Source: a virus | Direction: 5' to 3' (one strand) | Length of the DNA: 64,000 nucleotides | Virus record (IMG/VR): IMGVR_UViG_3300030419_007131 | Coordinates: 1 to 64,000 of that record | Shown here: piece by piece, positions 36,632 through 46,751 of the stretch | Layout of the letters: each line of letters begins with the position of its first letter | How positions within the stretch are numbered: the first letter of the stretch is position 1 | Notes under the pieces: generated by a model | Seen by the model: only the letters and a program-made list of their open reading frames with translations | Database searches by the model: none | Told to the model about the DNA's origin: nothing | Program-made: the position numbers and the translations under genes

Positions 36632-36668
36632 TAAATAGAAAGCCCCGCCTCAAAAGAGACGGGGCTTT
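36632..36668 (-). terminator. terminator after the major capsid gene, abutting a CTATTTA motif
   Basis: AAAGCCCCG...CGGGGCTTT inverted repeat (36639-36668), then CTATTTA (36632-36638). Confidence 0.7.
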
Positions 36669-36696
36669 AACTATTTTGACCTTACGTCAGGTATGA

Positions 36697-38478
36697 CTAA
36701 ACTAGGCTCTTAATAACAACCAGTCCATACATATCAGGACGCACCATCTTCTTGGCATATCGGGTCATGACGCCCTTACGAGGTACGAAGTCCTCGACGC
36801 CGAAGATAGTAGGCGTGGTCTGCAGCGGCACATAAGGTGCGTACACATAGCCACTCTCAAGGAAGCTACTTCCACGTCGGCCAACAAGGACCAAGTTACG
36901 CGGGAAGTAAGGATCGACGATAACGTCGAACTTCTTCGAAAGCGAACCAACCTTAACAGCACCCGCGTCGCCGCGGTCGCTATCAGCAGTCACATTGGCA
37001 CGGAAGCCAGCGGTGAACTCAAGGATGTTGGCAACTTCAGGTCCGCAGACGACGAAGTTAGCAGCACCACGGAGAGTCTTCCGATGGATCTGTGCGGAGA
37101 CGTCATTGATAGTCTCAATGAGGGTCTCATACCACTCACTCACGTTACCGGTGAAGTCCGGAGGCGCAGTTCCAGTACCAATCACAACACCCGTCTCACG
37201 ATTCAAGAAATCGCCAGGGGAGCGCGACCAGTAGCGGACGCCTGCGGTAGCACCCACAACGAGATCCTCAAGGATCTCTTGATCAATTTCAAGAGCAACC
37301 TGCTCAGACAGAATCTGAGTAAGCTCGACTTCAGCGTCAAGGTTGTGGTAGGCGTTAAGATCTTGTCCTAACTCCGGGGTCCACTTGGCCTTGAGCTTCT
37401 TGGTGATCGCCGTGACGGCCACCGAGTCGACCTTGATGTCGATCTCAGGAATGTAGGCATTGCCTTCCAGTCCCCACTGCTGTGCGGGAAGAACAGCACC
37501 GATAGACGGTGACGTTCCACCAAAGTTATCAACGATCGGGAACGAAGCCGTGAGGCCTGAAGCCCACTCGGCATCAAGCTGAGCAACTGTAACAGTTCCA
37601 GTATCACCACCAACCAACACGAGCAGAACACGAGCAGAATCGGTCGGATCTTCGCGCTGGAGACGACGTGCCTGAATACCATTGGTAGGCTCGACACCGG
37701 CTGCGGTGCGCACCTTAATGGCAACAGCATCCTCTTGGTTCCATGCGCCGCCCGCGCTGTCGGCGAGGTCGGTCTTAAGAACGGAAACCACACTAAAGCT
37801 AGAACCAGATGCAAGATCCGGGTCAAACTCAAGCAGTCCGCGAAGCTGATAAGCAGCAGCGGTCTGGTTGCCGGGAGGCACGGAGAAGTCGCAAAGACCA
37901 CCCACGCCGATAGAACCCGAAGCAATTTGCTCTAAGGCAGCCGGGGAAGGACCAACACCGGCAGAACCCGTCGGAGACGAGTAACCGTTGTTGAGTGCAT
38001 ACGGACCACGCTCAGCGTTCTGCCCCGTGAGGAGAACACCGCCGGTGATCTGGCTACCAACTCGTCCACCACCATAGAGGGAGGAGCCACGAGGATAACC
38101 CAAGCGGAACGTATCCGCGGTCTGGCCATCAGCGATCTCGTTAGAGACAGTGAAGTCCAGGAAGAAGATGAGGCCCGAGGGCAAACTCATCGGCTGAACG
38201 CTAACGAGATCGTTGGCGATCAAAGAGCCGAATACACGGCGAACGAGGGGGAATGCGACAGCCGCAAAGCCCTCCACATCACCAGCAGCCATGCTACTGG
38301 ACTCACGGAGAAGCTCACGTGCCTGGTTCTCAAGCAGTCGGGCCATTCCATTCCGAAGATCATCGCTTCCAAGTCCTTCGAGAAGTCCGGTCTGTTCCCA
38401 CTTTCCAATGAGAGCAGTACCTTCCTTGCCGAGGTCACGGTTAACAATACCTTCAGTTAATTTCTGAACGATAGACAT
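36697..38478 (-). CDS. major capsid protein (T4 gp23-like)
   Basis: LLENQ, PLVRR, VSVQPMSLPSGLIF, KLKAKWTPELGQDLNAYH.LDAEVEL, YAPYVPL, GVMTRY; GGAGG RBS. Confidence 0.95.
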   Translation of the reverse strand: MSIVQKLTEGIVNRDLGKEGTALIGKWEQTGLLEGLGSDDLRNGMARLLENQARELLRESSSMAAGDVEGFAAVAFPLVRRVFGSLIANDLVSVQPMSLPSGLIFFLDFTVSNEIADGQTADTFRLGYPRGSSLYGGGRVGSQITGGVLLTGQNAERGPYALNNGYSSPTGSAGVGPSPAALEQIASGSIGVGGLCDFSVPPGNQTAAAYQLRGLLEFDPDLASGSSFSVVSVLKTDLADSAGGAWNQEDAVAIKVRTAAGVEPTNGIQARRLQREDPTDSARVLLVLVGGDTGTVTVAQLDAEWASGLTASFPIVDNFGGTSPSIGAVLPAQQWGLEGNAYIPEIDIKVDSVAVTAITKKLKAKWTPELGQDLNAYHNLDAEVELTQILSEQVALEIDQEILEDLVVGATAGVRYWSRSPGDFLNRETGVVIGTGTAPPDFTGNVSEWYETLIETINDVSAQIHRKTLRGAANFVVCGPEVANILEFTAGFRANVTADSDRGDAGAVKVGSLSKKFDVIVDPYFPRNLVLVGRRGSSFLESGYVYAPYVPLQTTPTIFGVEDFVPRKGVMTRYAKKMVRPDMYGLVVIKSLV

Positions 38479-38511
38479 TTTAAAACCTCCTATAATTGTT
38501 GAATGTCATTT

Positions 38512-39606
38512 TTATTTATTCAAACCTGCTAAGCGCAGCATTCGATCCATATTTGGATCTTTCGTTGCCTTTTTGTTTTTCTTAGAATTGATCAAAAGCG
38601 ACGTAGGCCTCTGAACCGCTTCACGAAGTGTTTGTGGTCGTGTTCTCTGATCAGGAGTGGACCCCACTGCGTTTTGAATTGTTTCAAAGATCATGTTTGC
38701 TTCTTCAACAGAATTGGCAGATTGAACAGCTTCGACAATTTTATCTTTTTGTCGCTCATTCAAGGAGGCGCTGTTTAGTGCCTTGTTTTGATAAACAAGC
38801 TTGGCGTTGGCCAAGTTCAACTTCGTGAGTTGATTCTTGGCTTCCGTTAAAAGAGCACGGAGCTCTTTGTTGGATTCTGTAAGATTCGAGATTTTGCTCT
38901 CGAACAGTTCCGCATCCGATACAACATCAGGTGCGGTTGATACTTTTTCGATTTCCTCTTCTTCTTCAAGGTGGGCGGCTTGGGCCGCGGCCATGGCATC
39001 ATTGTTGGCCTGCTCTATGCTGCTGTCAGCAGAGTTAACAGATGACCACCCTTGGGGTCGAGGAACCATGTCGACTACTAATTCTTCAATAAGATCAGAA
39101 AGCATCTCTTCACTAAGAGTTATCTCTTCGTCATCAGACTCAGTCTGCACGTGCTCGTCGGGCTCCGCTTCGGCTTCGGCTTCGCCGGCACTGTCCTTCA
39201 TCATCTCGTCTTCTGTGTCGACAAGTTCATTCCCTTCTTCTAAAGCAATCTCGTCGGCTAGGGCGGTAGCATCAGTAAGATCATCGCCCTCAACAACTTC
39301 CTCTTCTTCATCAAGGCGCGTCTTCAAAGAATCAAAGTCAATCTCAATAATTTCGTCGACGGCTGGAGCATCGATCTCCTCGTTCTGAAATGCATAAGGA
39401 ACTTCGTCCACAAACTCCATAAGCTCGTCGTGGTCTGTCTCTTCGGTTTCCGAGAGATCCTCCCCTAAGTCCTGCTCCAGTAACGTATCTATAGCACTCT
39501 TCACTTCAGTCGAATACTTCTCTAACACTGCATTTTCGGCGTTTTTAAGGGCAGCTTCCTTCAGCGCTTTAGCATCTACAATAGCTTCTTCTAATAGGGA
39601 CGACAT
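38512..39606 (-). CDS. prohead scaffolding/core protein
   Basis: Very acidic coiled-coil directly upstream of the MCP; many L-x-E sites; ends MLRLAGL; CTATTTA at 39640-39646. Confidence 0.7.
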   Translation of the reverse strand: MSSLLEEAIVDAKALKEAALKNAENAVLEKYSTEVKSAIDTLLEQDLGEDLSETEETDHDELMEFVDEVPYAFQNEEIDAPAVDEIIEIDFDSLKTRLDEEEEVVEGDDLTDATALADEIALEEGNELVDTEDEMMKDSAGEAEAEAEPDEHVQTESDDEEITLSEEMLSDLIEELVVDMVPRPQGWSSVNSADSSIEQANNDAMAAAQAAHLEEEEEIEKVSTAPDVVSDAELFESKISNLTESNKELRALLTEAKNQLTKLNLANAKLVYQNKALNSASLNERQKDKIVEAVQSANSVEEANMIFETIQNAVGSTPDQRTRPQTLREAVQRPTSLLINSKKNKKATKDPNMDRMLRLAGLNK

Positions 39607-39704
39607 AAAAATTACTCCAGTTCTGACATGTAATCAAAATAAATAGTGTCTAAGATGGGGAAATGACTCTCAGAACTCATTTTGGTTAACCCGAACTTAC
39701 CTCA

Positions 39705-42548
39705 CTAATATGTTCCGATGTTCTCCGGTAATGCAATTGCCTTCATTATTAGAGGCGGGTAGGCTCCCGACCATCGGAAGGTGGCTGAATCTCCCACATT
39801 GTAAATAGCAAGACCAAGATAAAAACTATAAGAGGTCCCGGGAGTTAAACCAGTGAGGGTCCACTCTACAACATGCTGCTGGATGTCTGATTCATCAGCG
39901 AGGCATATAATCTGCTTCGATTCATAAACACTAGTGCCATCGAGTGGATCTGAATAGGTGGACCAACTACTTCCATTTGTAGAAAGTGCCATAACTGCAT
40001 AATCGCCCGAGTTAACATCCACAACTATCTGTGCCGTGAGGAGCACGTTTCCACCCGGAGGTGCTGTAAAAGTAACAAACGATTTGCTGCTGCCACTGAC
40101 GGCATAAGTCGGTGTCTGGCTGGTTGTTGTTTGTTGGATCTGATCATTATTCCCGGAGGCTCCGACAAAATACCCCAGGACAGCGCCCGGAATGTCAGCT
40201 GTCGGTGCCGTAATTTTTACACTGGCCGAGACATTGTGGTCTTTGTCGATGGTGAGAGACGTTACGCCGGCATTATAGAATTCGAAAGAACCCGTAGTGG
40301 TTTCATTACGGAATGAATAAGCTTCATTGCCTGTAGATCCAAACCCAATCCATGCGGCACGAGTAAGAGCGCCGCCGGCATTAGTGTAATAGTAGTCTTG
40401 GTAGCTTACTACTCCCTGCCCATCACGAGTATCTGAATCATACCACCTGAGATTGGGTGCAGTACCAGTGACCATGAGGGTGCCGTCTACAACGCAGTTC
40501 CCGTCTATCTGAGTATTCCCCTTCACATGCAAGGATGCGGAAGGTTCGACGCCGTCGCTGAGACCAATGGAAAGTTTGCCCGTTGTGGGGATTATCAAGT
40601 TGCCGTTAGAGCATGTGACGTTTTGGTTGCCATCGAGGAGGAGCGCGGGCGTTCCGTTACCGCTTCTTAAGTAAAGAGAATGCCCTGCGACGCTGGTGCC
40701 AAATAGGGTATATCCAAGGTCGTATCCACTAATCCATTCTGCATGTTGCCCCACGGCAGGAGAAGATAGGTAAATTCGACTCGACCCGGCATTCGTACCC
40801 ATAAGGGTCATGCCGGGGTAGCCATCCGACCCCTGTTCGAGGACCAATGTTCTAGCCGTCCAGTCAGGCGACCTGTTAACCGACCCGGATTTAATGTGGA
40901 GAGAACCAGAGGGCTCCACTCCAGCTGCCAGACCGATACCGACGCGTGTTCCAGCAAACACGTGACCCTCCGTAACAAACGCCGAGCCACTTATGCCGCC
41001 GGATGCCGAAACGGCGCCGGCAACATCCAAGAGGTGAGTGGGCGACGAAGTTCCGATACCAAGTTTACCATCGCCCCTAAGCATCATGCGCTCAGTTAAA
41101 GTAGTAGAACCCGACGTCACAGTGTGAAACGATATTCTTCCCCCCTGTGAGGCTCCATCGGCCCACGATGCATCGTCTGCCTCGCCAAGGATCATAGCAG
41201 CATATCCAAAACTCGTATTATCCTCGGAACCTGCGAAACGAATCTCTCCTAAATTCTCCCCGTTAGGCAACGAAGCATCGCCATATTTGCGAAAGTCTAA
41301 CTGCGCGCCATCGTTGATGCTTGTGTCTTCAGACCAAATAATGAGTTGAGGTATATCGGTTCCAGAAGTTGATCTGATTACTGCGTCACCCCTTACATCC
41401 AGTTCGACGGTGGGGACCGTCGTTCCAATACCGACGCGTGTTCCAGCAAACACATGGCCATCCGTAACAAACGATGAACCACTCACCCCGGCAGAGGCTG
41501 ACATAATACCGTCGACAGTAACATTGCCTCCTGCGGGGTCTAAAGTAATGTTTCCATCAACAGTAAATGTAAGATTAGCCGCAGTACCGTCATCATCAAC
41601 TGTTGTGATGGTGGTTGCGCCGGCGGTGGTGGTTTGAATCTGGAAGTAATCGCCACTATCGGCTGAGCTTTGAATCCTAAGATCGACATTGTTAGCGCCG
41701 TCCTCAACGTCAAGTTGGAGTCCATAGTTGAAGTCGCCGCCTTGTGCTGAGATCCTTGTGCCGGTGATGAGACTGCTGCCGTTTGTGCTACCTTGTGCAT
41801 CAATACGCGCGCCGTATACATAGGCGGCGCCGGCGTCAGCAGCATGCGTAAGCGTCGGCGTGACAGTCAAACCATACATGGTGTTGGTGCCATTGGTGGC
41901 TGTGGTGTTATCCATGTCAACTTTGAGACCGTACATGGTGTTGTTTGATGTGGAAGCACCAGTTTTGTCAAAATCGATATCTACTCCGACTAGTGTGGTT
42001 GCAGTAGTATCTGAGTGGCTCTTGACCATTTTGAGAGAACCAGAACCATCGTATGTCATGCCACTGTTCCCAGCGAAAGAGCCATTCTGATTGAACTGTA
42101 TATTAGTATCAGAGCCCGCGGCGTCGCCGGTCGCGATTCCAGTAAGATTGCTGCCATCGCCATGGAAAGTGGATCCCGAAACTTGACCGTCTGTTACGAA
42201 GGATGAGCCACTCAGTCCAGACGAAGCCGAAAGTGGGCCTTGAATGGCAACAGAGCCAGTAAATTGATGCAGATCAGTAGCGTCGTCGCCAAACTTGGAG
42301 GCACCACTAGCAGAAAGATAAGAAACCGTATGGTTTATGACATCATAGTTGTCGGATATAACCGTACCCGAAACATAGATAGACCCAGTAAAGAAGAGAG
42401 AGTCGCTGCCCGTTACATATGTAAAATTAGAAGAGCCGGTTTGTGCGGTCCCGCTACCATATTTATATTGTACTGCGCCAATAGGACCATCGGCGCCCTC
42501 GTCGGCGCTGCCGCTAACATACGCCCATCCTAAATACTTTCTAGCCAT
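39705..42548 (-). CDS. fibre-like virion protein
   Basis: G/S/T-rich, RVGIGT..P...LDV repeats, HQFTGS motif; CTATTTA at 42571-42577. Confidence 0.65.
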   Translation of the reverse strand: MARKYLGWAYVSGSADEGADGPIGAVQYKYGSGTAQTGSSNFTYVTGSDSLFFTGSIYVSGTVISDNYDVINHTVSYLSASGASKFGDDATDLHQFTGSVAIQGPLSASSGLSGSSFVTDGQVSGSTFHGDGSNLTGIATGDAAGSDTNIQFNQNGSFAGNSGMTYDGSGSLKMVKSHSDTTATTLVGVDIDFDKTGASTSNNTMYGLKVDMDNTTATNGTNTMYGLTVTPTLTHAADAGAAYVYGARIDAQGSTNGSSLITGTRISAQGGDFNYGLQLDVEDGANNVDLRIQSSADSGDYFQIQTTTAGATTITTVDDDGTAANLTFTVDGNITLDPAGGNVTVDGIMSASAGVSGSSFVTDGHVFAGTRVGIGTTVPTVELDVRGDAVIRSTSGTDIPQLIIWSEDTSINDGAQLDFRKYGDASLPNGENLGEIRFAGSEDNTSFGYAAMILGEADDASWADGASQGGRISFHTVTSGSTTLTERMMLRGDGKLGIGTSSPTHLLDVAGAVSASGGISGSAFVTEGHVFAGTRVGIGLAAGVEPSGSLHIKSGSVNRSPDWTARTLVLEQGSDGYPGMTLMGTNAGSSRIYLSSPAVGQHAEWISGYDLGYTLFGTSVAGHSLYLRSGNGTPALLLDGNQNVTCSNGNLIIPTTGKLSIGLSDGVEPSASLHVKGNTQIDGNCVVDGTLMVTGTAPNLRWYDSDTRDGQGVVSYQDYYYTNAGGALTRAAWIGFGSTGNEAYSFRNETTTGSFEFYNAGVTSLTIDKDHNVSASVKITAPTADIPGAVLGYFVGASGNNDQIQQTTTSQTPTYAVSGSSKSFVTFTAPPGGNVLLTAQIVVDVNSGDYAVMALSTNGSSWSTYSDPLDGTSVYESKQIICLADESDIQQHVVEWTLTGLTPGTSYSFYLGLAIYNVGDSATFRWSGAYPPLIMKAIALPENIGTY

Positions 42549-42607
42549 TTTATAGTGTCTCCAACTCTATTAAATAGTCCATCGTTGCTAGTACGGCTCA
42601 GGGATTA

Positions 42608-43837
42608 TCATTCCCCGTGCTCCGATCTGCCATCATGAAGAATGAACCAATGGGTTCCTGTACTAATTACGCTTAAACTTTGAGGAGTAGTGCCCTCAAT
42701 ATCCACCTTAGCTTGATCTGATTCCAAATTCGGGCCTTGGAACGTGGTCGAAGTCCCGGAACTAGTAACACTCAAAACATCGTTGGCCCCCTGAGCATGA
42801 CTCACAACATGATACATACGCCCTGTGACCCCGGATGGATTAGGGAGAGTAAACGCAGCATCGCCGTTGCCCGTATAATCAACCACATAATGAGTTTCGT
42901 CAACAGTAATACTTCCTGCTATTTGGGTATAGTTGCCGGCTTGAGATCCGCTTACTTCAAAAGTTGAGGCCGGAGTTGCACTGCCGATTCCCACCCTATC
43001 ATTGGCGGCGTCAGTACGAAAAAGGTTAGCCTGATTTTCTCCTTTTACCTGAAGGTCAATATCTAGCGCTCCGTAATTAATCATCAACTTATCAGTAGAA
43101 TCTTCTTGACATTTTAAGAATCCCCTCCCGCCAACATAAAGAACTATTTCATCCTCTGAGAATTGGATGTATGTATCGGCATCTCCGTTATGATAAATGT
43201 ATTCGTCGACGCCGATGTTGCCTGCAACGTCAAGAGTGTAGTCGGGGGAATCTGTGCCGATGCCCACCCTGCCGGATCCGGTGACCGCCAAAACCGGACT
43301 CTGTGCCGAATCATGACAAATGAATATCATACTATCATCAGAAGAGGAAAGATGCATGAGAGACGTTGGGGTCCAGGCGAGGCCCGCATCGGGCCCAATA
43401 CTAAAGAAACCATTGCTATCAATAGCAGCCTTTATTACGGCACCAATTCTGAAGTACATATCTTGACCAGCAACAGAGTTTAAACTGAGATCTCCCGCGG
43501 ATCCAATTAAAAGGTTGTATTTCGCATGTCTGCCGGTGCCGTGATGATCTTGATTACTGTGCCCCAGAAACCCATATGTGGTGGACTGAGGCCATGCGCC
43601 CAGCTCTAAACGCCCCATTCTTACAATAGATGCAGATACAGGAACATCGAGAGCAAACGTAGAATCGGGTTGGGCGCCGATTCCAACCGTTGACGAGGAT
43701 ACCACTAGGGTAGCAGAGCCCCCAGTTACAACGCCGAAGGCATCTTCGCTCCAATCTAAAAATGTATTTCCCTGAGCATCATCTTCGTTGTAGATGTCGC
43801 CCCGATTGACTTTGCCTTTTGTATATTTATAAGCCAT
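42608..43837 (-). CDS. fibre-like virion protein
   Basis: VGIG..P...L.V repeats; C-terminal TLP...GTHWFI domain; CTATTTA at 43845-43851. Confidence 0.65.
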   Translation of the reverse strand: MAYKYTKGKVNRGDIYNEDDAQGNTFLDWSEDAFGVVTGGSATLVVSSSTVGIGAQPDSTFALDVPVSASIVRMGRLELGAWPQSTTYGFLGHSNQDHHGTGRHAKYNLLIGSAGDLSLNSVAGQDMYFRIGAVIKAAIDSNGFFSIGPDAGLAWTPTSLMHLSSSDDSMIFICHDSAQSPVLAVTGSGRVGIGTDSPDYTLDVAGNIGVDEYIYHNGDADTYIQFSEDEIVLYVGGRGFLKCQEDSTDKLMINYGALDIDLQVKGENQANLFRTDAANDRVGIGSATPASTFEVSGSQAGNYTQIAGSITVDETHYVVDYTGNGDAAFTLPNPSGVTGRMYHVVSHAQGANDVLSVTSSGTSTTFQGPNLESDQAKVDIEGTTPQSLSVISTGTHWFILHDGRSEHGE

Positions 43838-43866
43838 CTCACACTAAATAGAAACTACCAAACAAA

Positions 43867-43898
43867 AAGGGTGGGTACCCCGAAAGATACCCACCCTT
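43867..43898 (-). terminator. rho-independent terminator
   Basis: AAGGGTGGGTA/TACCCACCCTT inverted repeat with a T-tract on the minus strand. Confidence 0.7.
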
Positions 43899-43929
43899 AA
43901 AATTGTCTATTTCTAGAGCGACTCTAATA

Positions 43930-45324
43930 TTAGAGGACTCTGAAAGTATTATCTGCAACCTTATACAACATCACAGCTGCATACGGCGATTCGAGACGAA
44001 TCTCGGTTTCACCGTCAATATTATCAGCCGCGCCTACCGAGCAGGTAATCTTAGCGTAATTCGTATCAGACACACCACCGGCCATCTTCACGCGGACGAC
44101 GTCACCATCGTCCAACGACGAGGCTGCCGGCAACGTGTATGTGCGGGCCGCACTAAGCGACGCGCTAGCATAGTTCGTACCTTCAACAAGATCACGATCT
44201 TGGTTACCAATAGCAGTAATGGTTCCAGCAGCAGCGAGGCTGATCTTACCATTAGCAGCGCTGAGGCCCGAGCCTACAACACCGGTAACAAAAGTAGCCC
44301 AAGAAAGATAATCAAAGGCATTGTTAGAACTATTCCAGACCAAGAACGGCCTGTCGCCATTCGGATCGACAACGAGTTCACTCACGGAACTAACCACGAT
44401 CTTACCATTAATGCCAAGTTCGCCAGAACTGAGTTCAAGCAAGTCAGTGTCGCTAGCAATACCAATGTGTTGACCGTCGTCAATGATCAGCTCCTTACCA
44501 GCGAGCTGGCCAGAACCAGAGATGGTGCTCTCTGCAACAACAGCACCGGCAGTTGAAACGGTAAACTTCGAAGCATTAACATCGATGCCACCATCGAGGT
44601 CAGAAACACCAACGACAGTAAGCTTGCCACCGAGGTCAGCAGCACCATCAAGATCAAAAGTGGTTGCGCTTAACAGACCAGAACCAGAGATGTTTGTTGC
44701 ACCAGCAATTGCACCGGCAGCGCTAATACCACCAGACTGAAGCGCCAACGAAGTGCCAGCCAGAGTGTCAAAAGTAGCAGCAGCACCGGAGACGGTGCTC
44801 TCTGCAACAACAGCACCGGCAGTTGAAACGGTGAACTTGGAACCATTAACATCAATGCCGCCGTCAAGGTCAGAAACACCAACGACAGTAAGCTTGCCAC
44901 CGAGGTCAGCAGCACCATCAAGATCAAAAGTGGTTGCGCTTAACAGACCAGAACCAGAAATGCTAGTTGCACCAGCAATCGCATTAGCAGTTGTGATGCC
45001 GCCAGAGAAAACAGCACCAGCCTGAAAAGTAGGCACACCTTCAACATTTAAAGTACCATCGATGTCAGTGTCGCCGTCTGCAGCAACACTGAACTCAGCC
45101 ATCGTGATTGTGCCAACCGTTAAGTCACCAGACGCATCGATTGTGGTTGCGCCGGCGATTGAGCCTGCGTTGGTGATGCCACCAGCTTGAACGTTAAGGG
45201 CCGTAGCCGTAATAGCGTCGAAGCTTCCTGCGGCACCTGAAACCGCACCTTCTGCGGTTACTGTGTCTTCGTACGTTGTAGCTCCTTCGAGATACGCAGT
45301 ACCTAATTGGAATTTATAAGCCAT
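43930..45324 (-). CDS. fibre-like virion protein with internal duplication
   Basis: A/G/T-rich beta repeats; AGGAGG RBS; C-terminal TLP...IDG...ESPY domain. Confidence 0.65.
   Translation of the reverse strand: MAYKFQLGTAYLEGATTYEDTVTAEGAVSGAAGSFDAITATALNVQAGGITNAGSIAGATTIDASGDLTVGTITMAEFSVAADGDTDIDGTLNVEGVPTFQAGAVFSGGITTANAIAGATSISGSGLLSATTFDLDGAADLGGKLTVVGVSDLDGGIDVNGSKFTVSTAGAVVAESTVSGAAATFDTLAGTSLALQSGGISAAGAIAGATNISGSGLLSATTFDLDGAADLGGKLTVVGVSDLDGGIDVNASKFTVSTAGAVVAESTISGSGQLAGKELIIDDGQHIGIASDTDLLELSSGELGINGKIVVSSVSELVVDPNGDRPFLVWNSSNNAFDYLSWATFVTGVVGSGLSAANGKISLAAAGTITAIGNQDRDLVEGTNYASASLSAARTYTLPAASSLDDGDVVRVKMAGGVSDTNYAKITCSVGAADNIDGETEIRLESPYAAVMLYKVADNTFRVL
44521..44982. repeat. 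near-identical ~190-nt direct repeat, 270-nt period, in frame
   Basis: 44521-44712 versus 44791-44982, with long exact stretches. Confidence 0.85.
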
Positions 45325-45479
45325 ATTTAAATCCTCCTATGTTATGGCAAAACGGGTGAAAAAATTATAAATCGGTTCGCGAACACTCATCGGAGGAGTA
45401 GTAAATTTTAATTATAGAAATCCACATCCGTTTCTACTACATATAGTATTCCTTTGACGAAATATCCCATATATTTTTA

Positions 45480-46751
45480 TTAATAAATAAACCAATTAGT
45501 GCCGTTCGAATAAAGCAAAATAGAACCATAAGGAGATTCGATAGTTACGTCACTCGCTCCGTCAATAGTCTGAGAAGCAGAAGCCGCAACCGATATAGTA
45601 TTGGAGACACTTGCAGCGCCCGACTCATCCTTAATAACCAACACTTGACCTTCGGAAAACGAGGTTGCATCCACTTCAATTTCTGTCGGAACAGCACTTA
45701 CTCCCAAAATATAATCAGTTACCGAAGCCGTATAGACGGTTGACACAGTCGTACGATGATGAACGACGCCTCCCGATAGATGAGAGCCCCCCTTTACCGT
45801 AACAGTAGAACCATCATAGGTTAGGTTAGCTGATGCCCCGAAAGATCCATTATTATTAAACTGTATCTGAGTGTTGGCGCCATCGGGTGACGTCGTTCCG
45901 CCACCCCCAGTTGTTAAAACAACATTATTATCTGTGTCTAAGGATAAAAAACTGCCCGGACCGGCGATTGTTCCTGAAACTGGTTCTATATTAACTAATG
46001 ACGCGGAAAGAGTTGTCATTTCCGCAACTGACCCAGTATAAGATCCGGTGAGAGTCGCCCCATTAAAAGTTAAATTAGCTGAGCCCCCAAACGAACCGGC
46101 ATTATTGAACTGAATCTGCGTGGTGGCGCCACCAGGGGTTCCACCCCCTCCCGAGCCAGTTAGGCGTGTAAGCGCATAGTCCCCAACATAAATGAATGCA
46201 TCCACATAAGCCGGATTTTCATCCGAATCAGTGGGAGGATCCTGTTGAAAAAAGATTCCGTTATAATAATCTAATACCCAGTCACGAGCATCAAGAGCGG
46301 GGATTTGAGTAATTCCGGAGGACGTATGATATACGAGAGCAGTATAGGCAGCACCAAAGGAAGGAGGGATAATCTGAAGGGTTCCGGTTGTTTCATTTAA
46401 AACCTGACCGTTAACATAGAAGCCGCTGCCAGCATTGGGATTGGATGATTTAGACTCATAGTCTGCTGGCAGGCTTAATGCAAATGCCTGATAGCGACCG
46501 TTCGAGTCTTTGGTGCCCGCCATTGGAGTAGCCACTAATGATACCATCTCAGCAACGCCCCCCAAAATAGTATAATATGAACTCGAAACAGGTGTAGGGG
46601 GCTCATACCCAAAGATAGTGCTCGCCCCCATACTGATGTTGGAACCAATACCCTCGTTCGAAACTCCCTTTGTATTAGAGGTTTGTGCCTTTCCTAAGAC
46701 CTTTTTGAACGAAAGATTAAGTTTTGAAGTATCTGTCAATGCAGTGGACAT
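45480..46751 (-). CDS. fibre-like virion protein
   Basis: TQIQFNN.GSFG.SANLT repeats; C-terminal IKDESG...TIDG...ESPYGS...GTNWFIY domain. Confidence 0.65.
   Translation of the reverse strand: MSTALTDTSKLNLSFKKVLGKAQTSNTKGVSNEGIGSNISMGASTIFGYEPPTPVSSSYYTILGGVAEMVSLVATPMAGTKDSNGRYQAFALSLPADYESKSSNPNAGSGFYVNGQVLNETTGTLQIIPPSFGAAYTALVYHTSSGITQIPALDARDWVLDYYNGIFFQQDPPTDSDENPAYVDAFIYVGDYALTRLTGSGGGGTPGGATTQIQFNNAGSFGGSANLTFNGATLTGSYTGSVAEMTTLSASLVNIEPVSGTIAGPGSFLSLDTDNNVVLTTGGGGTTSPDGANTQIQFNNNGSFGASANLTYDGSTVTVKGGSHLSGGVVHHRTTVSTVYTASVTDYILGVSAVPTEIEVDATSFSEGQVLVIKDESGAASVSNTISVAASASQTIDGASDVTIESPYGSILLYSNGTNWFIY

Noticed and set aside
45370-45400. Hammerhead-like CCGATGAG...stem...GAT on the minus strand
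   Set aside because: The core deviates from CUGANGA and GAAA, and stems I and III are not evident.
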